Source: an uncultured Nitrospiraceae bacterium (GTDB lineage: Bacteria; Nitrospirota; Thermodesulfovibrionia; Thermodesulfovibrionales; Dissulfurispiraceae). Taken from it: DNA of 32,000 nt. Below the pieces are notes generated by a model. It was not told the DNA's origin. It searched no databases and saw nothing but the letters and a program-made list of their open reading frames with translations. This document shows positions 1-7,242 of the stretch, one piece after another. A program made the translations under genes and the position numbers. The first letter of the stretch is position 1; each line of letters opens with the position of its first letter. The stretch lies in assembly GCA_963705105.1 (NCBI GenBank), contig CAVPIW010000006.1, positions 922,989 to 954,988 on the forward strand, read 5' to 3'.

Positions 1-268
1 GATCCTCCCCTCCAAATCTTTCATATCACCGCCAGACGCGCAGTGGAATTTACACCCGCAAATCTTGTCCGGGGCCATTTCATCAAGAGCGCGGATTTCC
101 GAAGAAGTCCATCCTTATCGAAACGATGTCGCAACGAGCCTGTCCTTCCGAAGGTCCGCAGAGAACGCCAGTGCCGATAAAGGCCAGAGAGTCCTCTGAG
201 AAATCAATGTGTCACCATGGGGTGTTGCAGAGGCTTTCCAGGCATAGGCCGGATAAGCAAAGAAACCC

Positions 269-297
269 TTGACAGATGGTCTTTTCTCGGATATGAT
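269..297 (+). promoter_or_regulatory. sigma70-type promoter TTGACA-17 nt-TATGAT
   Basis: TTGACA at 269-274, a 17-nt spacer and TATGAT at 292-297, about 150 nt upstream of the ATG at 447. Confidence 0.5.
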
Positions 298-446
298 TGA
301 CTCAGGAATGACGCAGCTTCCCGACAAAGCCACACCACCCGAGAGGTTGGGACGGAAAGTAGAGGGTTGTGCATCTGTCCCGTCTCAGGCGGAGGGACAG
401 GAATGGTCGGGCTGCCGACGGCAACGTGCCAACAGGGAGGGAAATC
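298..446 (+). promoter_or_regulatory. long 5' leader, candidate cis-regulatory RNA (weak GEMM-I-like features)
   Basis: GNRA-capped hairpin CCACCC-GAGA-GGTTGG (335-350) is followed by GACGGAAAG (351-359). Two alternative pairings compete: 361-366:379-385 versus 375-381:394-400. SD AGGGAGG lies at 434-440. Confidence 0.25.
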
Positions 447-1790
447 ATGAAACGAACGATACGTGTCGCCTCAGCATGCTTCGCAGCGATCTGCATTATA
501 TCTCTATCAGTATGTATCGACTCAGCCCGGGCAGTGAAGTTTCCCATCACCTACGAAGGGACGGTCCAAGTCAAAGCTTCCTTTCCACACGGCAGCTGCC
601 AGGGAGATGCGAAGATGAAAATCACCCTTTATGCTGACGGGAGATTGCAGGAAACCACCGATGCAATCATCATCGAAAACGCGACAGGCTGCGAGATTGC
701 CTCAATCGACAGCATGCAGCAACCGTGGAGAGTGCACCAGGGTACACATGACAAAGCCGGCAGTTTCTCGCTCAAAATGGCCTATGTCACCGTCACCGGA
801 ACTTTTGGTGATCAACAGATCAGCGGTACGGGAACGTTCTCCGACGCCTATATGACCGAGACCTATACCTTTACGCTCTTCGTGCAGGGCAGTGCCCAGA
901 ACCGGCAGCCCGAGATCGCCCTGTCGCCTGCCGACTATCCCTTTTTTCAGTTAAACGTGCTGATGAATAATGGATTCACCATCGCCATCCGCGACGAAGA
1001 CGGCCTGCAAGACAGCACGGGCAACTGGAAGATCGATTGGGGAACCCTTCGGCTGACGATGGACGGCATCGATATCACCGGCCACTTCCTGGACAAGATA
1101 ACGAAGAATAACATCTTCTCCGTTGAGACGACGAGCAAGGAGCTGCGGCTACACATCACACCCGACCCGGTGAAGTTCATGGTGGAGCACGACGTCTTCT
1201 TCATCCTCAAGAACGGCACCCACATCATCGAGCTCAGCATCTGCGATACGGGCAAGCTCTGCGGAAGATCGGCATACTCCATCTACTTCGGCCCCTTCAT
1301 CCTGACAGGGCCGGTAGATCACCAGAACTGTGACGTGACACTGACGCCGGACCAGCCGTTGAGTTGGGGAAATTACTTCACCCCTGATTTCCTTGTTCTC
1401 GGGAACACCGGGCTCGACTACGGGAAAAACGCTCTATTCTTCGTTTTGATGAACACAGCTCAAGAACTGGAGGCAAGTTTCCAGTTTGACACACGCCGTG
1501 TTCCATTTCACGGCCTCACACCTAACCAGGAGGCCTTGGTGCGTCTGGGATTAAACGGTTGGAGAGATACGATAGTTCCTGTCTTTGACTCACAGAGTAT
1601 CCCGACTGGTCATCTTGAGTACATTCTCAAGACTGATCTTACCCAAGATTCTGCCCTGCGGGCAACGGGCCTTTTCGCCACCAATCCGCGGCTTCATGGA
1701 CCTCTGAAACTCTACTCAACGGTCATTGACCAGGAAGACCAGGCGTACCAACTCGGCATCATCGATTTTACATTGTGCCCGGGGAACTAA
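447..1790 (+). CDS. exported hypothetical protein (Sec signal peptide, no recognised domain)
   Basis: ATG at 447 is preceded by AGGGAGG. The N-terminus MKRTIRVASACFAAICIISLSVCIDSARA looks like a signal peptide. The track ORF 369-1790 was trimmed to this start. Confidence 0.8.
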   Translation: MKRTIRVASACFAAICIISLSVCIDSARAVKFPITYEGTVQVKASFPHGSCQGDAKMKITLYADGRLQETTDAIIIENATGCEIASIDSMQQPWRVHQGTHDKAGSFSLKMAYVTVTGTFGDQQISGTGTFSDAYMTETYTFTLFVQGSAQNRQPEIALSPADYPFFQLNVLMNNGFTIAIRDEDGLQDSTGNWKIDWGTLRLTMDGIDITGHFLDKITKNNIFSVETTSKELRLHITPDPVKFMVEHDVFFILKNGTHIIELSICDTGKLCGRSAYSIYFGPFILTGPVDHQNCDVTLTPDQPLSWGNYFTPDFLVLGNTGLDYGKNALFFVLMNTAQELEASFQFDTRRVPFHGLTPNQEALVRLGLNGWRDTIVPVFDSQSIPTGHLEYILKTDLTQDSALRATGLFATNPRLHGPLKLYSTVIDQEDQAYQLGIIDFTLCPGN

Positions 1791-1932
1791 GATGCATCGT
1801 CGGAGGAACGGGGAAAGGAACCCATAGCCCGCCGCACGCGGACTTCTGTGAGCATTAAAGGTTCAAAATGACGGAGAATGGATAACGAGAAAAACTTGGA
1901 AAGGAGACGGCCCGGCTATCAGGCTGCCGATC

Positions 1933-2616
1933 TTATTTCCTGAAAGTATAGGACTTCACTTTTATCCTCACGGCATGGTTGCGCAGCTCGATGTTCAGCC
2001 GCGACGGATACCATTGGAGTATCGGCGACAGGTCGGCCGCCTCACCCTCCTCGACATCGATCCTTGCCGGCTCATTGTAGGTAATCCTGAGAGAGTCGCC
2101 GTTATTCAGTTCTATGACCTGTTCCACCGGCAGCAGGGTGTCCTTGCTGACCGTCACCTTCGTGCTCGAATTTCTCAGCATATAGAGCCCCGCCTCTTCC
2201 GTGACGGCGTAATCGGGAACGTTCCACCAGAAAATGCCGCTCCTCAGGCCGTCGACGAGGAGGGTGCTCCTGTTCCGGTCAATCTTCGGCGTGCTCCTGA
2301 TGGCACCTTCCTCCTCATGGATCTCCCCTGCAAGAAAACCGAGGTAATAAAGCCTGAGGGTCAATGCCTTCTCCGAGAGGGATAGGAAGGCGTCGCCGGT
2401 CATGACGGAGTCCTCCTTCCTGTATTCAACGGCGAGCACCGCCTCAATGGACTTGATACTCCTCAGGTCCGCAAGGGCCTGATCGAGGGTTATGCCTTCA
2501 TGGCGGGGGACGTCGGCCCGTTTCACCGCGCAGGAAGCCATGAGAGAGAGGGCCACCAGCATGGCCGTCAGCACGACAACCGCACGCAACCGGGACATGC
2601 TCACCTTATTGTTCAT
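1933..2616 (-). CDS. putative lipoprotein (lipobox LMASC), function unknown
   Basis: 227-aa ORF with N-terminus MNNKVSMSRLRAVVVLTAMLVALSLMASC, i.e. a signal peptide plus lipobox Cys. It lies directly downstream of radA on the same strand. Confidence 0.75.
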   Translation of the reverse strand: MNNKVSMSRLRAVVVLTAMLVALSLMASCAVKRADVPRHEGITLDQALADLRSIKSIEAVLAVEYRKEDSVMTGDAFLSLSEKALTLRLYYLGFLAGEIHEEEGAIRSTPKIDRNRSTLLVDGLRSGIFWWNVPDYAVTEEAGLYMLRNSSTKVTVSKDTLLPVEQVIELNNGDSLRITYNEPARIDVEEGEAADLSPILQWYPSRLNIELRNHAVRIKVKSYTFRK

Positions 2617-2685
2617 GAGCCATACCTTTTTCCGGACCTCCGACTCTTAGAATCACCTGTTCCCGCCCCTTCTCATCGTCCCTCC

Positions 2686-4047
2686 TTATACCGATAACCG
2701 CTCCAGGGCATCCTCCACATTGTGAACGCCCTCCACGGCAAGTCCGAGGTCGTCCTTCAGCCTCTCGGCATTTCCCCTGGGAATGACGGCCCTGCGGAAG
2801 CCGATCTTCGCCGCCTCCCTGAGCCTCGCCTCGGCCTGCGCAACGGCACGCACCTCGCCCGACAGGCCGACCTCACCGACAACAACCGTCGCCGCGTCGA
2901 TGATCCTCTCCCTGAACGAGGAGACGATGGAGGCGACGACTCCCAGGTCCGCCGCAGGCTCGGCGATCTTAAGGCCGCCCACGATGTTGACGAAAACGTC
3001 CATCGTCCCCAGGTGAAGGCCCGCCCTTTTTTCGAGGACGGCGATGAGGAGATTGACGCGGTTGAAATCGATGCCCATGCTCGTCCTGCGCGGCATGCCG
3101 AAGGTCGTCGGCGAGACGAGGGCCTGCACCTCCACGAGCAGGGGACGGGTCCCCTCCATACTCGCGATGACGGCCGAACCGGACACGCCGGCAGGCCGCT
3201 CCGACAGGAAGAGCTGCGACGGGTTGTCGATCTCGATGAGACCGCGGTCCGTCATCTCGAATATGCCGATTTCATTGGCCGCGCCGAAGCGGTTCTTGAT
3301 GGCGCGGATGACGCGGTAGCTGTATCCGCGGTCCCCCTCGAAGTAGAGGACCGTGTCGACAATGTGCTCCAGCACCTTCGGCCCCGCGATGGCGCCCTCC
3401 TTCGTGACGTGGCCGATCAGGAACAGGGGGATCTCTTCCTTTTTCGCGAAGACCATGAGCTTCGCCGCGGACTCCCTGATCTGGCTCACCGACCCGGGGG
3501 CGGAGGTAAGCTCTTCGGTGTAGACCGTCTGGATCGAGTCGATGACGATGACCCGTGGTTTGATCTCACGGGCGACGTCGATGATCCTCTCGATGACCGT
3601 TTCCGGGTAGAGGACGATGGACGGGTCGGCGACGGAAAGCCTGTCGGCCCTCAGCTTTATCTGGACAGGAGACTCTTCACCCGAGACATAGAGGACCTTC
3701 TTCCGCTGCGCTGCGATGCGTGAAACAGCCTGCAGAAGGAGTGTCGACTTCCCTATCCCCGGGTCTCCGCCGATGAGAACGACGGCGCCTTTGACGAGAC
3801 CTCCCCCCAGCACCCGGTCGAACTCCCTGATGCCGACGGCATCCCGTTCCTCGCCGCTGCTCGGGATCGAGTCAAGGGACTGAAGAACCGCCGCGCGTTC
3901 CTGCCCCCCCGAGGTTCTCAGTGATTTCGGCGGCTGCCGCTCCTCGGAGAAGCTGTTCCAGGCCCCGCAGTCGGGACACCTGCCGAGCCACTTGTGACTC
4001 ACGTGGCCGCACCCCTGGCACTGAAAGACGTTCCTGGCCTTAGACAT
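2686..4047 (-). CDS. radA: DNA repair protein RadA/Sms
   Basis: N-terminal zinc finger CQGCGHVSHKWLGRCPDCGAWNS, Walker A GGDPGIGKST, KNRFG motif and a Lon-like C-terminal region. Confidence 0.95.
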   Translation of the reverse strand: MSKARNVFQCQGCGHVSHKWLGRCPDCGAWNSFSEERQPPKSLRTSGGQERAAVLQSLDSIPSSGEERDAVGIREFDRVLGGGLVKGAVVLIGGDPGIGKSTLLLQAVSRIAAQRKKVLYVSGEESPVQIKLRADRLSVADPSIVLYPETVIERIIDVAREIKPRVIVIDSIQTVYTEELTSAPGSVSQIRESAAKLMVFAKKEEIPLFLIGHVTKEGAIAGPKVLEHIVDTVLYFEGDRGYSYRVIRAIKNRFGAANEIGIFEMTDRGLIEIDNPSQLFLSERPAGVSGSAVIASMEGTRPLLVEVQALVSPTTFGMPRRTSMGIDFNRVNLLIAVLEKRAGLHLGTMDVFVNIVGGLKIAEPAADLGVVASIVSSFRERIIDAATVVVGEVGLSGEVRAVAQAEARLREAAKIGFRRAVIPRGNAERLKDDLGLAVEGVHNVEDALERLSV

Positions 4048-4831
4048 GGAGAAGCCTCATCCCCGTGCCTAGACTGACGGAAAGACGGATGCATTCGTCG
4101 ACATATTCCTTCGCTTTCCGGGCCGCCTCATGGACGGACGATCCCCTTGCGAGAAGGGCCGTTATAGCGGCGGAATAAGCGCAGCCCGTGCCGTGATAGA
4201 CTCCCTTCGCACGCCTGCCTGTGATGGGATGAAACCGGCTTCCGTCGAAAAGAAGATCAAGGGTCTGTCCCGCGCCGGGCCTTCGTCCTTGAAACTCGTC
4301 GGTATGGCCTCCTGTGATGATGACGTCCCCTGCTCCCCTGTCCCTGATGGCGACTGCGGCCCTCTCCATATCTTCCTCGCTCCTGATGGAGATGCCGGAA
4401 AGTACCGCCGCCTCGGAGATGTTCGGCGTGATCACCCTGGCCAATGGGAGGAGCTCGTCCCTGATCACATCGATGACGCCCGGTTCGGCGAGGTGCGTGC
4501 CCGTCGATGAGACCGTGACGGGGTCGATGACGAGATTCTCCAGATCGAATCCCCTGACGACCTTCACGACGGTCCTGACGGCGCCCGCCGTATAGAGCAT
4601 GCCCGTCTTGAGTGCATCGGGCCTGATATCGTTGATGAGCACCGTGAGCTGCTCATCGAGGAAAGCATCCGTGACGGGCACGACGGCGGCGACCTGAGAC
4701 GTGTTCTGGGCTGTCAGGGACGACACCGCCGAGAGGCCCCAGACGCCGAAGTGCCTGAAGACCCTGATGTCCGACTGGAGACCAGCCCCTCCCGTGGGAT
4801 CGGAACCTGCTATGGTAAGGGCGACTTTCAT
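4040..4831 (-). CDS. thiD: hydroxymethylpyrimidine/phosphomethylpyrimidine kinase
   Basis: [25 protein letters not shown]... is the typical ThiD N-terminus, and [10 protein letters not shown] lies near the C-terminus. The gene overlaps the radA start by 8 nt. Confidence 0.9.
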   Translation of the reverse strand: MKVALTIAGSDPTGGAGLQSDIRVFRHFGVWGLSAVSSLTAQNTSQVAAVVPVTDAFLDEQLTVLINDIRPDALKTGMLYTAGAVRTVVKVVRGFDLENLVIDPVTVSSTGTHLAEPGVIDVIRDELLPLARVITPNISEAAVLSGISIRSEEDMERAAVAIRDRGAGDVIITGGHTDEFQGRRPGAGQTLDLLFDGSRFHPITGRRAKGVYHGTGCAYSAAITALLARGSSVHEAARKAKEYVDECIRLSVSLGTGMRLLHV

Positions 4832-4870
4832 GGTTATGCTTGATTTTATTATATCAGCCGGTGCAAACGA

Positions 4871-4900
4871 TTGACAAACGTGCGTCTCATAGAGTAAATT
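4871..4900 (+). promoter_or_regulatory. sigma70-type promoter for rplM-rpsI
   Basis: TTGACA at 4871-4876, a 17-nt spacer and GTAAAT at 4894-4899 (or TAAATT with an 18-nt spacer), ~50 nt upstream of the rplM ATG. Confidence 0.45.
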
Positions 4901-4947
4901 ACATATCTATTTTGCGTTCCCGCGTAATTTTTAAGGAAGGTGCATAC

Positions 4948-5382
4948 ATGAAGACGGCATTTGCGAAGAAGGAAGACATCGAACGGAAATGGTATGTGGT
5001 CGATGCGAACAACCTCGTCCTCGGCAGGATGGCCACAAGGATAGCATCATTCCTCAGGGGCAAACACAAACCGATATTCACCCCCCATGTGGACACCGGG
5101 GATTTCGTCATCGTCGTCAACGCCGACAAGGTGAGGGTGACGGGGAACAAGCTGAACGACAAGAAATACTACCATCATACCGGGTATATCGGGCATATCA
5201 AGGAAAAGACCCTGAAGGACAGGATGAAGAGCGAACCCGAAAAGGTGATCGAAGACGCCGTGTGGGGCATGCTTCCCAAGAACCGCCTCGGCAGGCAGAT
5301 GATCAAGAAGCTCAAGGTTTACCGCGGCCCTGACCATAGCCACAGCGCCCAGAAACCGGAACCGATCGACGTAACCAAGTAA
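4948..5382 (+). CDS. rplM: 50S ribosomal protein L13
   Basis: [52 protein letters not shown]... with SD AAGGAAGG upstream. The track ORF 4840-5382 was trimmed to ATG 4948. Confidence 0.95.
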   Translation: MKTAFAKKEDIERKWYVVDANNLVLGRMATRIASFLRGKHKPIFTPHVDTGDFVIVVNADKVRVTGNKLNDKKYYHHTGYIGHIKEKTLKDRMKSEPEKVIEDAVWGMLPKNRLGRQMIKKLKVYRGPDHSHSAQKPEPIDVTK

Positions 5383-5396
5383 GGAGAACAGAATCG

Positions 5397-5789
5397 ATGG
5401 CGTCAATCCAATACAGCGCAACAGGGAGAAGGAAACGGTCCGTGGCCAGGGTGGCCCTCATCCCCGGCACCGGCAAGATATCCGTCAATGAGAGGGATGT
5501 GGATTCGTATTTCCCCCGCGAGACCCTCAGGATGATCATCAGGCAGCCCCTCCAGATTACCGGGGTGATCGGCAAATACGATATCGTCGCCAATGTCCAC
5601 GGCGGCGGCCCGAGCGGCCAGGCGGGCGCATTGAGGCACGGCATCGCCCGCGCCCTTGTCAACGTCGACACCGATCTCAAGCCGAAGCTGAAAAAGGAAG
5701 GTCTTCTCACGAGAGATCCCAGAGAGGTGGAGCGGAAGAAATACGGTCAAAAGGGAGCGAGAAGCCGGTTCCAGTTCTCCAAGAGGTAA
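5397..5789 (+). CDS. rpsI: 30S ribosomal protein S9
   Basis: The 130-aa product ends ...[17 protein letters not shown], the canonical S9 C-terminus. It follows rplM directly. Confidence 0.95.
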   Translation: MASIQYSATGRRKRSVARVALIPGTGKISVNERDVDSYFPRETLRMIIRQPLQITGVIGKYDIVANVHGGGPSGQAGALRHGIARALVNVDTDLKPKLKKEGLLTRDPREVERKKYGQKGARSRFQFSKR

Positions 5790-5830
5790 ACGCGTCACCG
5801 TCGCCGGTACGCCTATACTGTATAGTTATG

Positions 5831-5860
5831 AGGCCCGTCTCCGGACGGGCCTTTTTGTTT
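5831..5860 (+). terminator. intrinsic terminator after rpsI
   Basis: Perfect 9-bp stem AGGCCCGTC/GACGGGCCT with loop TCCG, followed by TTTTGTTTT. Confidence 0.85.
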
Positions 5861-5871
5861 TCCCTGTCGTT

Positions 5872-6086
5872 CGTTGTGAAAAGGCGGGGCGAAGCACTCT
5901 GAAAAGCAGTGACAGTGTGAGTGTGAGTGTCAGTGAAAGGAATCGTTCTTATATCGACGCTGCCGTCCTGGTATTCGTGACCTTGTTCCGACTGTCGACT
6001 GCCGACAATGACTTTAATGACTCAATGACTTAATGACTTGTGCGGTGGCATCGTCGCCCCGCCTTTCCGGAAGGAGTATGCAACGA
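5872..6086 (-). repeat. MITE-like intergenic element, copy 1 (inverted relative to the other copies)
   Basis: Near-identical to the copies at 14353, 19310, 23633 and 25174 when reverse-complemented. It lies between the rpsI terminator and the argC SD. Confidence 0.9.
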
Positions 6087-6115
6087 CAGTTTCTTTTCAA
6101 GAGGAGGGAACAAAA

Positions 6116-7156
6116 ATGCTGAAGGTTGCTATATGCGGGGGAAGCGGGTACACGGGAGCGGAGTTGTTGCGGATTCTTGCCCATCATCCCGAAGTGGAGA
6201 TCACCGCCGTCACGTCCGAGAAGTCCGCCGGCAAGAGGGTAACGGACCTCTTTCCCCATCTCCGCCGGTATCATGACCTCACCTATGAGGGATTGGACAA
6301 GTCCACGCTCCTGTCGAAGGCCGACCTCTTTTTCATGGCCCTGCCCCATGCCGCCTCGCAGGAGGCGGTGGACCTCTTCTTCCGCGAGGGCAGGAAGGTC
6401 ATCGATCTCTCCGCCGACTACCGCCTGACGGACCCCTCGGTCTATGAAGAATGGTACAAAACGCCGCATAACTGCCGGGAGACGCTGAAATCGGCCGTCT
6501 ACGGCCTGCCGGAACTCCACAGGGAGGAGATCGGGAAATCCTGTCTCATCGCAAACCCCGGGTGCTATCCTACAAGCGCCATCCTCGGTCTCTGCCCCGC
6601 CATTCAGCAATCGATCATCGATACCGGCAGGATCATCGTCGACTCTAAATCGGGCACGTCCGGCGCCGGGAGGAAGGCCGAAACGGCCTTCTCGTACTGT
6701 GAGGTCAACGAAGGGTTCAAGGCATACGGCATCGGCGTGCACCGTCACACACCCGAGATAGAGCAGGAGCTGTCCGGCATTGCAGGAAAGCCGGTCCGCA
6801 TCACCTTCACACCCCACCTCGTCCCCATGGACAGGGGCATCGTCTCGACCATATACGCGCCTCTCCTGAAAGACATCGACACCCCGGACGTCCTGTCCAT
6901 ATACAGGGACCGGTACGCGAATGAACCTTTCGTGACAGTCCTGGACGAGGGCAGATACCCGAACGCCAAGGACGTGCGGGGCACGAACGCCTGCATGATC
7001 GGCGTCAAGGTTGTGAAACGGACGGGGACGCTCGTCATCGTATCGGCCATCGACAACCTCGTCAAGGGCGCATCCGGGCAGGCCGTGCAGAACATGAACA
7101 TCCTGGCGGGATTCGGGGAGACGACGGCACTTGAGGCGATGGGGCTGTTTCCGTAG
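6116..7156 (+). CDS. argC: N-acetyl-gamma-glutamyl-phosphate reductase
   Basis: MLKVAICGGSGYTGAELLRILAHHPEVEI..., active-site region NPGCYPTS, SD GAGGAGGG upstream. The track ORF 6038-7156 was trimmed to ATG 6116. Confidence 0.93.
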   Translation: MLKVAICGGSGYTGAELLRILAHHPEVEITAVTSEKSAGKRVTDLFPHLRRYHDLTYEGLDKSTLLSKADLFFMALPHAASQEAVDLFFREGRKVIDLSADYRLTDPSVYEEWYKTPHNCRETLKSAVYGLPELHREEIGKSCLIANPGCYPTSAILGLCPAIQQSIIDTGRIIVDSKSGTSGAGRKAETAFSYCEVNEGFKAYGIGVHRHTPEIEQELSGIAGKPVRITFTPHLVPMDRGIVSTIYAPLLKDIDTPDVLSIYRDRYANEPFVTVLDEGRYPNAKDVRGTNACMIGVKVVKRTGTLVIVSAIDNLVKGASGQAVQNMNILAGFGETTALEAMGLFP

Positions 7157-7160
7157 CGGT

Positions 7161-7188
7161 ACGACAGTGTCAGTGAGAGTGTGAGTGG
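7161..7188 (-). repeat. solo GT-rich hexamer tract resembling the internal (CACTGA)n module of the MITE-like element
   Basis: ACGACAGTGTCAGTGAGAGTGTGAGTGG resembles GACAGTGTGAGTGTGAGTGTCAGTG of copy 1. No other part of the element is present here. Confidence 0.5.
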
Positions 7189-7194
7189 AATGGA

Positions 7195-7228
7195 GGGGGC
7201 GAGGCGAAACCTCGCCCCCTTGTTGTGT
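7195..7228 (+). terminator. hairpin terminator between convergent argC and the protease gene
   Basis: Perfect 10-bp stem GGGGGCGAGG/CCTCGCCCCC with loop CGAAA (7195-7219), followed by TTGTTGTGTG. No U-tract on the minus-strand side. Confidence 0.7.
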
Positions 7229-7242
7229 GAAGTGTCTGAAGC

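Noticed and set aside
1-78. Possible 5' end of a minus-strand gene (MAPDKICGCKFHCASGGDMKDLEGRI...) running off the left edge. ORFs 115-333 (-) and 269-637 (+) were also considered.
   Set aside because: There is no SD and no recognisable similarity, and only 26 codons are visible. The two short ORFs overlap the promoter and leader region and have junk-like composition.
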